From Candidatus Aminicenantales bacterium (lineage in GTDB: Bacteria; Acidobacteriota; Aminicenantia; Aminicenantales; UBA4085): a stretch of 64,000 nucleotides of DNA. The stretch covers positions 1-64,000 of the forward strand of contig JBEKTZ010000008.1 in assembly GCA_049515535.1 (NCBI GenBank), given 5' to 3'. The position numbers were made by a program, and so were the translations under genes. The notes beneath the pieces were generated by a model. That model saw only the letters and a program-made list of their open reading frames with translations, ran no database searches and was not told where the DNA came from. Positions 30,427 to 40,546 of this stretch are shown here, piece after piece. Within the stretch, counting starts at the first letter, position 1, and each line of letters begins with the position of its first letter.

Positions 30427-31179
30427 ATGACTGCTGTTGTTGGGGTTCTCTGTGAAGATGGAGTAGTAGTCGGGACAGATAGCTCCGAGACTTTTTCGGC
30501 GGGAACGATACCCACGATCGAGCAAAAAACAAAAAAAATTGATATCGTTGAAAATAGTGTTATTATCGCAGGAACCGGTCAGATTGGTTTAGGGCAGAGA
30601 TTTGTTGGATTGGTCGAACAAGCTTATCATGATAAACTATTCACAAAAAATTATTTAGAAGTCGGGCGCTATCTAAGCAAAGCAGCTATTGAAAACTTCG
30701 CCTCAACCTATTCTGATAAAATGCAATATGGAGCGCTACTAGCTTACAGTTCAGGAGGTAGTTTTTATCTATGTGAGTTCGCCGAAAGGGATTTCCAGCC
30801 CGAATGGAAAAACGCGAATATATGGTATGTCTCTTTAGGCTGTGGGCAGCGAATAACGGATCCGTTTCTGGGATTCATACGAAAGATTTTTTGGAAAGAC
30901 AAAATGCCCAAGGTTGCGAGCGCCACTTTCATCGTCACTTGGACAATCCAAAATGTTATCGAATTAAATGCAGGGGGAATAAACGAACCAATACAATTGG
31001 CCGTATTAAGGCGGACAGTTAGAGATCATCATTTTCAGGCAACAATAGTCACGGATGAAGAATTGAGAGAACACATGGGAAATGTCATAGAAGTAGAAAA
31101 ATATTTGGGGAAATTTAAGGCGGAGTTTTGCGATGAGACTGCGCCTGCCATTCCCAAGTTGAATACTAAAGAAACATAA
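30427..31179 (+). CDS. proteasome-beta-like Ntn hydrolase
   Basis: N-terminal M-T-AVVGVLCEDGVVVGTDS, KKI, SLGCG and GGIN motifs. Confidence 0.75.
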   Translation: MTAVVGVLCEDGVVVGTDSSETFSAGTIPTIEQKTKKIDIVENSVIIAGTGQIGLGQRFVGLVEQAYHDKLFTKNYLEVGRYLSKAAIENFASTYSDKMQYGALLAYSSGGSFYLCEFAERDFQPEWKNANIWYVSLGCGQRITDPFLGFIRKIFWKDKMPKVASATFIVTWTIQNVIELNAGGINEPIQLAVLRRTVRDHHFQATIVTDEELREHMGNVIEVEKYLGKFKAEFCDETAPAIPKLNTKET

Positions 31180-31450
31180 TAATTAGGCTATTTTTTTGCC
31201 AGAACAATGAGCCCCCGCCGCCGCGAAGGTCCGTTTTTGGATAGCCGCCGTGGGACATTCTACTTCGATATGTTCGTCGGCTTCCCTCCAATTGGCTAAA
31301 TCAGACAAAAAACAAATCGTCGGGGACCGCGTATCAAAGTGAAGACGCACCTCTCCCCGTGTGACACCGGTGTCACAAAAAGTGCTAAATCTCGCTTAAA
31401 TTGGGATAATGGAGCTTAAAACGAAAACACTATTTTCAGGGGAAAATCGA

Positions 31451-31491
31451 GAGCCAGCGAGAGGAATCGAACCTCCGGCAGACTAATTACG
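31451..31491 (-). other. 3' half of tRNA-Thr(CGT): att-site relic
   Basis: Reverse complement CGTAATTAGTCTGCCGGAGGTTCGATTCCTCTCGCTGGCTC covers anticodon, T-arm and acceptor 3' strand; no 5' half. Confidence 0.7.
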
Positions 31492-31791
31492 GCCAGGCCG
31501 AGACTTCCCAAAAAGCTCTCCCTCATTCATTAAGGTAGGGGCGGAATATTTTTGATCATCTCATTTTCATCGGAAGGGAAAGTCTATCATCTTTTGACTA
31601 GGGCGAAAGGGTTTTTTGCCCCGGCATGCTCTTCCGCAATCGACGTTCGCGATGTCAGAAAACTCACATTATGTCTGGACCATTTTTTAGGGATGAGGTC
31701 CTGGGGTTAAAAGATCGGCGCGGTCAAAAAGCATATTCTGATACAATCTAAGTGAAATGCTATTAAAATATTAATCGAAAGGGGATATTCA

Positions 31792-33093
31792 ATGAGTACA
31801 CAATTTCAAGAAAAAGCTGACTTAGTTAATACCATTGAAAATATTTTTCCCGGCAATATTTCAGAAGTAGTCTGGAACAATTATACGAAATCTGAAGTAG
31901 ATAGATATGAATTGTTCAGTACTAGTTTCTTCATTCAAAGCCTTTTTTTTGGGAAGTTGATTATACCAATTAAAAGCATTCTCAATCACCCTCTTTACTA
32001 CTCCCTGATAATGAATAACAAAATCGACAATATAAGAAAATTAATTCAACCAATTTCTCTTCATAGTAGTGATCATAGAATTAGCACTGCTAAAAGAGAG
32101 CTTATTCAACGGGGAGACTTAATTTTAGAAAAAAGCAAAATCAATAAATTAGCGAGTTATCTGTCTGAAATGCAAAAAGACGTAAAAGAATGCGATAAAA
32201 CCGATTTTCATAGAACTTACCACCATAATTTATGCCAAGTGTTTTCTTCAATCAATAATTACGCTCTAATCATTAATAACAAGACCCTAATTCAATCGGG
32301 TAGTTTATTAAAAGAAATCTCAGAAATGTCTAGGTGGGATGATTTAGAATGGACCGAGGAAAAGTATTTTGGCAGCAGAACAGCGACTAGCATTATTGAG
32401 AAACATAAGACCGGGAATGAATTAAAAATATTAAATGATGCAGTTTATGCAACATGGGATTTAACATTTCAGAATTATTTAAATATATATGTATCGCAAA
32501 CTCCCGAATATTTAGTAATAAGAAATATTGTAAAAGATATATTGGAAAATGGAAGGCCAAACTATAACATTACCAATGAGAAGTTAACTCGGGAATATGA
32601 ACGACTATTATTTCCGATTCCAATTATACCTCTGAGTATTGATTTCGAGGTGATCTCATTATTTAAAGAAGAAAAATGGTTTGAGGAATATTCCAATCTA
32701 GTTTCATTGGCGAGAAATATATCAAATAGAGAAACTGAAATTAATGAAGTTAAAATAATATATAGGAAATATAAAGATACTCTCGATATTATTATTTCTG
32801 ATGCAAGAGGCAGATGGGATAAAGCATCAATGGAAAAATCAATAAATAATTATAATGATAAACTTAAAATATTAAGACAAATAGCTGGAGATGAGATTGT
32901 TAAGGCAGGATTCTCTATATTTATTGGACAATCTATTTCTGGTATTAGAATATTGTTCTCAGCTGCTAAAAAAATAATTCAAGAAAAATTTGGAGAGTTA
33001 TTCTCAAGCAAACCGGTCGATTATTTTAAAGAGGTTTATACTCAGCCATGTATGTTTAACCCTGTAACTGGAGATGTCGAAAAAATAAGATGA
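31792..33093 (+). CDS. AT-rich hypothetical protein
   Basis: 433-aa uninterrupted ORF in very AT-rich DNA; no family recognised. Confidence 0.75.
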   Translation: MSTQFQEKADLVNTIENIFPGNISEVVWNNYTKSEVDRYELFSTSFFIQSLFFGKLIIPIKSILNHPLYYSLIMNNKIDNIRKLIQPISLHSSDHRISTAKRELIQRGDLILEKSKINKLASYLSEMQKDVKECDKTDFHRTYHHNLCQVFSSINNYALIINNKTLIQSGSLLKEISEMSRWDDLEWTEEKYFGSRTATSIIEKHKTGNELKILNDAVYATWDLTFQNYLNIYVSQTPEYLVIRNIVKDILENGRPNYNITNEKLTREYERLLFPIPIIPLSIDFEVISLFKEEKWFEEYSNLVSLARNISNRETEINEVKIIYRKYKDTLDIIISDARGRWDKASMEKSINNYNDKLKILRQIAGDEIVKAGFSIFIGQSISGIRILFSAAKKIIQEKFGELFSSKPVDYFKEVYTQPCMFNPVTGDVEKIR

Positions 33094-33390
33094 TTTAATA
33101 TAAATATTCTTAAAAAGAATAGGAAATAAATATCTGTTAAAAGCGAACGAATTTAAATAAAATAAAAATATCTTTTATGTAAGGGCATTGAATAACTCGG
33201 GTATAGCCGATGATCCTTACGTCAAGCCTTTCAGCAACGAAAAGCAATGGTATGTCATCGAGGATAAATTGTGCTGGCGGTTGATTATCGGTTTCAGGAC
33301 TGATTAACGTCAAGCATTATTCCCATTTGGTGAAGGTCAACGTTCCCAGTTCAAAACTTTCATTCACTGGGCAAAAAAAAATTCTAGTTT

Positions 33391-34884
33391 TTAAATCCTA
33401 TTTCTATTCGGTCTCCGACGCCTCAGAGATATATCAAGATCACGCCTAAAGCGCCGCTGATGCCGCCACGACCCCCTTAGCAAGTATACCGCTAAGCCGC
33501 CCAATGATATCAGTGCAAAAAGCATGAAGATACGAACCGGAAAAGGGATTTGAAGCTCAAGCCATGGCACGCTTAAAAAACTGAAAATAAGAGCTGGAAC
33601 ACCAATCATAAATGTTAAAAGGTCTATTTTTCTTTGCATTTGTTCTGCACGGTCAAAACTGACTCTTTCGTACATCCGTTGGACTTCATCGCTTAGTTCA
33701 TTATGCAGCTGGGGTATTTGAAAGATTTCCTGGCACTTTCGATAGCAACGGTGGTGATGCTCGCGTTGCATAACTTGAGCAAAATATATACGAGCATCAA
33801 ATTCTAGCAATTCTTCATAAACGCGCTCAAAAACGCATGCCTTTTCCCCCTTGGCTGTATTGAGCCATCTTTTAGCAACTTGTTCTTGAATATTTGCTAA
33901 TGTGAAGCGTTGGTTTGTGGAGATAAGAAAAAGCAAAAAATATTGTTTCCTGATATGGTCAGGAAGGGTAGTGTTATTAAATTCATTCTTGGGCGCATTG
34001 AATGACACGAATCCGGCCCCATCAAGCGTGAAAAAAAACCATTGGCGCGAAGCATAAGCAAGCAAACTCGAATGATCAATTTTAAGGTCTTCATCGCACG
34101 GATTATTCGCTTGATTGCTATGGTAAAGGCTTCTAGCTTTGAACAGATACTTAGCCTGCTCACCTAAATCCTCAGACGCCCCTTCAATCATTAAACATAC
34201 AAATGGAATCAATTGGTCAGGAATAAACACGTCGTGCCACCAGTTTTTATCGATATTCCCGTCGTTTTGGACAGACGATAACAGCGTTTTAATGACTTGA
34301 TCTAAATATATTTTTCCATCTGAATATTCAGCCAAACACGATATAGTACAAGGAACGAAGAAGGACCATTCATCTTTCCCTATCTTATTGCGTGCTGTAA
34401 GATACGGGGCCCTTTTCCCTACAATAAAACGGAAACGGTGTATAAAATCAAGCCAAATATCGGGATCATCAGAATGCGGTCTAACTTCTATAGTCAAAAA
34501 TCCTGTTCCCAAACGAAATAGAACCAACTCCACCGAAGTCCATTCGATCTTAATGATTTCATCCTTAGAAAGATGAACCTCCCATTCGGCCTGCGCGCCC
34601 ATTCCCCAGTTTATTGATTTTAGGGCAGGATCTTGAATCATCCAGAGATGCGCCGTAGCTTCTTGACAATCGCTATCTTTTCTATTGCCTCCATTAAGAA
34701 ATCTAGCGACATGAGGCAATAAATCCTCTTCTGGAAAGTTCAAGTGACCCCAAATATAATGAGGATTATTTTCATCGCCCCAATATGCCCTGTTCGTCAA
34801 TTCAACCAAATTCTCGAACCTAGTGGGATCAAAAACGAATGGGTATACAAACCTAACAAATGAAGCCTTTGTCGCAGAACCCAT
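33391..34884 (-). CDS. CorA-like protein with two C-terminal TM helices
   Basis: alpha/beta N-domain (ELVLFRLGTGFLTIEV), long helices (QRFTL...LHNELSDEV), 2 TMs; no canonical GMN; SD GGAGGG before ATG 34884. Confidence 0.6.
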   Translation of the reverse strand: MGSATKASFVRFVYPFVFDPTRFENLVELTNRAYWGDENNPHYIWGHLNFPEEDLLPHVARFLNGGNRKDSDCQEATAHLWMIQDPALKSINWGMGAQAEWEVHLSKDEIIKIEWTSVELVLFRLGTGFLTIEVRPHSDDPDIWLDFIHRFRFIVGKRAPYLTARNKIGKDEWSFFVPCTISCLAEYSDGKIYLDQVIKTLLSSVQNDGNIDKNWWHDVFIPDQLIPFVCLMIEGASEDLGEQAKYLFKARSLYHSNQANNPCDEDLKIDHSSLLAYASRQWFFFTLDGAGFVSFNAPKNEFNNTTLPDHIRKQYFLLFLISTNQRFTLANIQEQVAKRWLNTAKGEKACVFERVYEELLEFDARIYFAQVMQREHHHRCYRKCQEIFQIPQLHNELSDEVQRMYERVSFDRAEQMQRKIDLLTFMIGVPALIFSFLSVPWLELQIPFPVRIFMLFALISLGGLAVYLLRGSWRHQRRFRRDLDISLRRRRPNRNRI

Positions 34885-35089
34885 ATGGAACCCTCCATCT
34901 AATACCTTGTATATATTACAAATATATTGAGTGCAACTTAATGTCAACTAATTAGATTGTTGACGCGCCCAAATCTATTTATTTTGACTTATGGAATGAC
35001 TCGATAAAGCATGCCTCAGCAGTTTCTTGAATAAGTTCAAGAAACTGTTATACACTAGATGCAAAGGGATTCATAAACGGAGGGGGAAA

Positions 35090-37177
35090 TTGGAAAACTT
35101 CAATCAAACAATACTTCATGAATATCCACACCCAATTGCAAAGTGCTACGAAAACGTCATGGGTGCGAGAGACGCAGTAGAACGATGGGAGAAAATTCGT
35201 CAGCTTTATGAGGCCACACTCAAATACTGTTCCTGTATTGCGATTGCTGAATATCTGCAGACTGAACATGAAGACCAAAGAATAAATACTGCCCTCAGCT
35301 ATTTAAGCAAGCCTACAATGGGACATTGGTTTAACCTTTTCCGTCTTTGCTCCGGCTACTGCCGCAACCAAGGCAAATCCCTTTTCCCTGAATCCGCATT
35401 TGACAAAATAAAGGATCGGCCTGATCTAATTGCAGGCTTCAATAAGATCAAAACCTTCCTTGAAACAGGGAAACATTTCCAATCCGAGGCTGTGAGCCTC
35501 TTAGCCTACTTAGAGCTCTGGGTCACTTATAGAAACAGAACAAGCGGCCATGGCGCGCCACAGCGTGCTCACATCGAAGAGCTAAACCCATTTCTCGAAA
35601 AAGCCTTTATCGATGTGCTACTCAATCTAAGTATCCTCAAACAAGCCACCTTGGTATTCTTGTCAGATATAAGAGCCGAAAGGCACAGCTTCGTTCATTT
35701 GCTCTATCGGCTAATGGGAACAAGCAAGATCGCCATTAGGGATTATATAACTTCAAAAGAAAATGCCCTCTTGGGACTCGATAATTGCCTATTGATTTGT
35801 TCTCCGGAGAACGAAATACCAGTTCTTTCCGTCCATCCTCTTATGATATTTTCGAACGATGATGTCTATTTATTGCATAGTAGTGATCTAAAGCATAATG
35901 TTGAATACATTTGTCATCATAGTGGTGCATTTTATTCTGCCGATAGAATTTATGAAGATTTTAAGGAAAAGCTTGGAGCTTTTTTCCCCGGTTACGCAGC
36001 TGAGACCGGGATCGACAGTGAAGGCATATATTCAAACGCCGTAAAAATGTCACTCCTTGATGGAATAATAGAAGAAGAAGAAAGGAATTCGCTTGATGCA
36101 ATGCGTCATCAATTGGGCCTTTCGGATGAGCGCGCCAAAGGACTAGAGGAGACTGTCTTCAGCAAATTAGGTATTCTCGTGGATTCAGCAATTGAACCTA
36201 AGACCAACCCGCAAGCTCCAATAATAATTCCCTATGAGCAAGCATCAAGGGAAATCGGAATAAACAAACATGAGTTTTCGCGAATCCTGTTTTATCCATA
36301 TGCTTCCGTGAGATTGGGATTCTGGGCGGAGTTAGTAAGTCGATTAGCATCACAGGCATTTAAAAATAATATGGCTTTTTCAATGGTGGCGCCGGATCCA
36401 TCCGCAGATTACGATTCATCAGCGATGATTGCCCTTCTGGCGAGCGCCGATGATATTATGAACATGTATCAACCTGATCTGGTAATTATGGTGCCCTCCT
36501 TTTCGCAATCTTTTATGGAGTTGTTTCATAAAAAGTTCCAAAAGATCTCGTGTTCTCTCATGACTGTAGATACGGAATTCTACGAATATGATTACTTTAA
36601 AGAGCACGGATTACCTGTTCCACCAGTAGTTCAAATAGATAACTATGAAGGCGGAAGGCTAGCAGCTGGCATATTAATGCGTAGCTTAATTAAGGAAGGA
36701 TCAGATATAAAGTTGCTTGTGATGCCCGGGATCGAGGATGCCCCGCATTCAAAGGCAAGAATCCAAGGATTTGAAGATGCAATCAGATATAAACACCCGG
36801 ATGCAAGGATTAGGATGCTGCCTTCCGCGAATTTTCAACGAGAAAAAGCACGCCAAATTATGGATAATTATTGTGAGGATATCGATATTGCTAAATATCA
36901 AGGCATATTTTGTTGTAACGATGAGATGGCTCTCGGGGTATATGCCAGTCTCAATCATAAGTTCGATAATAATTTGAATTTTGGCATCGTAGGATTCAAT
37001 AATACCCTTGAAATGCAGCATTCCGTATTGATGGATAAAAGGGGTTGGTTAAAAGGGACAATTAGTCAAAATTTTCCTGAATATATTTCTGCGATTATAC
37101 AAGTCGCAAAAAAACTACTGCGAGGTTCACCCGTTGAACAAAAATATTTGATCAAGCCAATTGAGATTCACAAATAG
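35090..37177 (+). CDS. multidomain protein: HEPN-like N-domain, TerB-like helices, LacI/RbsB-type ligand-binding fold
   Basis: YRNRTSGHG; LLDGIIEEEERNSLDAMRHQLGLS; IDNYEGGRLA, ARIQGF, IFCCNDEMALG, IVGFN. TTG start with SD GGAGGGG. Confidence 0.7.
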   Translation: MENFNQTILHEYPHPIAKCYENVMGARDAVERWEKIRQLYEATLKYCSCIAIAEYLQTEHEDQRINTALSYLSKPTMGHWFNLFRLCSGYCRNQGKSLFPESAFDKIKDRPDLIAGFNKIKTFLETGKHFQSEAVSLLAYLELWVTYRNRTSGHGAPQRAHIEELNPFLEKAFIDVLLNLSILKQATLVFLSDIRAERHSFVHLLYRLMGTSKIAIRDYITSKENALLGLDNCLLICSPENEIPVLSVHPLMIFSNDDVYLLHSSDLKHNVEYICHHSGAFYSADRIYEDFKEKLGAFFPGYAAETGIDSEGIYSNAVKMSLLDGIIEEEERNSLDAMRHQLGLSDERAKGLEETVFSKLGILVDSAIEPKTNPQAPIIIPYEQASREIGINKHEFSRILFYPYASVRLGFWAELVSRLASQAFKNNMAFSMVAPDPSADYDSSAMIALLASADDIMNMYQPDLVIMVPSFSQSFMELFHKKFQKISCSLMTVDTEFYEYDYFKEHGLPVPPVVQIDNYEGGRLAAGILMRSLIKEGSDIKLLVMPGIEDAPHSKARIQGFEDAIRYKHPDARIRMLPSANFQREKARQIMDNYCEDIDIAKYQGIFCCNDEMALGVYASLNHKFDNNLNFGIVGFNNTLEMQHSVLMDKRGWLKGTISQNFPEYISAIIQVAKKLLRGSPVEQKYLIKPIEIHK

Positions 37178-37410
37178 CAATCTAGAGAGAAATGTTCGAT
37201 AGCTGTGTAATGTCAAGTTGAGATTGGGCCGTCTCAAATAGCGGGTGTCACATTATCAATGGCCTCGTGATACCGCCGGTGATTATAGTGGTCCACCCAC
37301 TCCCCGATCCTTTCGGTCAACTCGGTGGGATAGGGACAATTATGAGGCTAATTCTATCTCTTGCCGCAGAATTAGCAAACGGCAAAGGCAAAATATGAAA
37401 ACTAACGGGT

Positions 37411-38922
37411 TCATTCCACCAAGAGCAGGCGGATATCCATCACATTTGTCCCGGTCGGACCGGTGTGGATCAGCCCGCCCGCCCGTTGAAAGAAATTGTA
37501 CGAATCGTTACTGGAAAGGAAGGCCGCCATGTCCAATTCGAGCCTGAGGGAGGCCCGATAGATTTCGGGCGAGGCCCAGGCTCCGGCGGCATCAGTATTT
37601 CCGTCGATGCCATCCGTACCGAGGCTCGCGACGAGCCAGGCCGGCCCGCTGAAAATGCCGTTTTCGCCGCCCGCAACCTTTGCTCCGGGCCGACTTACGG
37701 CAAGGTCAGTATTTCGGACACCAGCCTGGCGGACATCGTTCATTATGCCCAGTCGTTCGAGCTCGGCAAGAAAGCCCAGGACGAATTCCTGGTTCCGGCC
37801 GCCCATCCCGCATCCCGTCACCCGGACCGTCAATTCGCCGCCCCCGAGCCGGCACATCGATCTTCCCGTCCCTGCTTCGCCGCGTTTCCGGACAAGATCC
37901 ACGAGCCGCCCCGCATACCTCTTCGCGACATCCCTGGCCTCGCCCTGTTCTTCCGACATCAGAATGGAAACCAGAAAACCCAGGTCCTGGGCTTGCTGGC
38001 GGGCGGCATCGAGGGCCATAGCGTTGTTCCCGATAAGATAGGCGGACGTTTTTTCTAAAACCCTATCGCCTTTCTTCAGCGTCTCTTCAGTCCGTCCGGC
38101 TAGGCCATCCTCGACGAGCGCTTTAGCCGCTCGGGGAGCACGGTCCCAAAGATCATATGACTTGAGAACACGGCGTGCATCCTCGAACGTCGAGGAATCC
38201 CAGTGGGCCGGACCCGAGGCGATGGACCCAGGATCATCCCCGACGACATCGGAGATCATGAGAACCGCGACCGCGGCAGGGAATGCGGCTTTCGCCAGGA
38301 GTCCTCCTTTGACGGCCGAAAAATGCTTGCGGACGACGTTGATCTCGCCGATATCAGCGCCCCGAAGCATGAGCTCCCCGGTCAGCCGCCTTTTTTCATC
38401 CAGCGAAAGCGGCGGCCGCGGTAGAGCGACCTGCGCCGAGCCGCCGCCAGATAGAAGAATCACGACCAGGTCATTCCCGCCGGCTCTGCGAGCAAGATCG
38501 AGCGCGGCCCGCGCAGCCCGGGAGCTTCTCTCATCGGGCAATGGATGCGGGGCTCCGAGAATCGTCATCCGTGGCAGCGAGAGGGCCTGTCCGGGGAGAG
38601 AGACGACGAGGCCCGACTTCACCCTATCTCCGAGAATGTCCAGGAAGGCGCCGGACATGGCTGACGCCGCCTTGCCGAAAGCGATCAAATAGAGATTCTC
38701 GACAGCAGCGAGATCGTAGGCGTTCGAGTTCGTATAGTCTGAAGGATGTTCGGATAAGGACGGGCGTTTCGGCAAGATGCTTTGGATTTCGAGTCGCTCC
38801 CCGTCAAGGTGGACAGAGCGGCGGATCAAATCCCCTGGCGCAACAGCGGACAGGGCAGCCTGCCAGATCTTCTCGGCCGCGGCCGCAAGAGTCGGAGGAG
38901 TCGGAGCGGGCATCGCCTCCAT
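37411..38922 (-). CDS. glycerate kinase type 2 (DUF4147 + MOFRL)
   Basis: GKAA, HPLPD, LSGGGSA, SDVVGD, GGRNQE, TDGIDG and TGTNVMD motifs. Confidence 0.95.
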   Translation of the reverse strand: MEAMPAPTPPTLAAAAEKIWQAALSAVAPGDLIRRSVHLDGERLEIQSILPKRPSLSEHPSDYTNSNAYDLAAVENLYLIAFGKAASAMSGAFLDILGDRVKSGLVVSLPGQALSLPRMTILGAPHPLPDERSSRAARAALDLARRAGGNDLVVILLSGGGSAQVALPRPPLSLDEKRRLTGELMLRGADIGEINVVRKHFSAVKGGLLAKAAFPAAVAVLMISDVVGDDPGSIASGPAHWDSSTFEDARRVLKSYDLWDRAPRAAKALVEDGLAGRTEETLKKGDRVLEKTSAYLIGNNAMALDAARQQAQDLGFLVSILMSEEQGEARDVAKRYAGRLVDLVRKRGEAGTGRSMCRLGGGELTVRVTGCGMGGRNQEFVLGFLAELERLGIMNDVRQAGVRNTDLAVSRPGAKVAGGENGIFSGPAWLVASLGTDGIDGNTDAAGAWASPEIYRASLRLELDMAAFLSSNDSYNFFQRAGGLIHTGPTGTNVMDIRLLLVE

Positions 38923-39236
38923 GATAACAAACTCGGGGACTTGAATAAAATATATTACAATGCAGAAGACCTGGATGGTTCAAGATCGTCAAGTTAGGAA
39001 ACTACGCATGCTGAAGACAAGAAAAGAGACGCCGGAGGCGGCAGCGATGTCTTCTTCCATCCCGAAGCCTGGATAATCCAATCGGAAAGGAGCATCCCCA
39101 GCGGTCATCAGCCCGGTGAACCATTCAATTTCGTTCCCCCAAGCTCGAACCGCTTTTCATAATTCCGGTCAACCTGGGATTCCATTGATGACAATACGTC
39201 GATATATAGATAAATTCTCGGCTGGCCTCGAAAATC

Positions 39237-39929
39237 TTAACTATCTTGGGAGAATTTTGAGCTCTTTATTCTGCAAAAAACCTCAACCACCCTTTCATCA
39301 TAACGGACACCTCTATTTTTTTTAATATCTCTAATTGCATCGTTTAAATTCTTTGGCATATTATAAGCCCTTTTCTCTGTCATCGCGCAATAATCATCAG
39401 CTACCGATATAATTTTATCAGGCAGACTAAGATCGTCTCCGTCAAGCCCCCGGGGGTAGCCACTGCCGTTCATTTCTTCCTGATGTTCGTAAATTGATTT
39501 TACTATCTTTGGCTTTAGAATCCCTGCCGCGAGTTCAGCCCCCTCTTCGGGATGCTCCCTTATTTCCTTCATGTCCAATTCTGTTAGCCGTTTTTCTTTT
39601 AAAATCTTTCTACTGATAAATAGCTTTCCTATATCATGGAATAGAGCGGCTTTTTTAACATCTTTGATTTTTGTTTTTCCACCGTATTTTTTGAGATATT
39701 CTCGGCAAATTTCGCCAGATAAGGTCGCAACTCTTCGACAATGCCCATAGGTATCGAGATGTTTGAACTTTAGGGTCAGAAGCAAGCTTCGCGCTGGAAA
39801 AATGTCATATAAAATTACAAGAAAAAATCGCCTGAATCGGCTAAATTCACTCTCGGATAAAATCTTTTTAAATAATTCTTTTGGATATACGATCTTATAA
39901 TAGATTTTCAGCTTCTTCGAATTTTGCAT
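39237..39929 (-). CDS. HD-GYP domain phosphohydrolase
   Basis: HCRRV, FHDIGK, HQEEMNGSGYPRGL and VADDY motifs. Confidence 0.9.
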   Translation of the reverse strand: MQNSKKLKIYYKIVYPKELFKKILSESEFSRFRRFFLVILYDIFPARSLLLTLKFKHLDTYGHCRRVATLSGEICREYLKKYGGKTKIKDVKKAALFHDIGKLFISRKILKEKRLTELDMKEIREHPEEGAELAAGILKPKIVKSIYEHQEEMNGSGYPRGLDGDDLSLPDKIISVADDYCAMTEKRAYNMPKNLNDAIRDIKKNRGVRYDERVVEVFCRIKSSKFSQDS

Positions 39930-40110
39930 TTATCCCAATTAGCCTTCTTTTTTGAAATATAGAACGTCGCCTATATAGAGTCAATAGAATTAATTTCCCC
40001 CGCAGCTATAGAAGGAATTTATACGCTTAATCTCAAATTAGATTAATGCCTATTTTGTATCTTTATCTTGTAAACTGAAAATAAGCCGCCTGTTTTTCAT
40101 CAACCTCACT

Positions 40111-40250
40111 TGGACCTTATCCCTGAAAAATGGTCCACCCATAATGTGAGTTTTCTGGCAAAATCTCTAGTCAGGAGGTTTTGCGGATGAAGAAGTCGAA
40201 GCTCACGGAAGAGCAGATCGCCTTTGCACTCCGCCAAGCCGGGGCGGTCG
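40111..40250 (+). mobile_element. IS3-family left-end remnant
   Basis: TGGACC...TGGTCCA end, SD AGGAGG, orfA start MKKSKLTEEQIAFALRQAG at 40187, then breaks off. Confidence 0.8.
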
Positions 40251-40486
40251 ATGACGCGGTCCGCCGCAGCATAGTCCATGATGAAGGCTACTCCCTTCAT
40301 CGTCTAGCCAAGATCGGACGTATCCCTGCTGTGTCAGTTTTGTGTCACCTATTTGCATAATTCCATGCAAACAATGCAAACGGTGGGAACGGTACAAACC
40401 GCCCCTTTTCTTTATAAGTTGTTAATTCTTTAGTAAGTAACTGGCACTATTGGGCTTAAGGGAAAAAGCCCGTTTTTCTTCCTGGA

Positions 40487-40507
40487 GGATTTTAAGTCCC
40501 TTGCGTC
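40487..40507 (-). other. tRNA-Leu(TAA) anticodon-arm fragment: possible att relic
   Basis: Reverse complement GACGCAAGGGACTTAAAATCC matches the typical Leu-TAA arm. Confidence 0.55.
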
Positions 40508-40546
40508 AGGTACATATTTTTATCAATCTTAAAATCTGCGAGAAAA

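Noticed and set aside
31200..31320. Possible integrase N-terminal remnant (RRGTFYFDMF)
   Set aside because: Too short to support.
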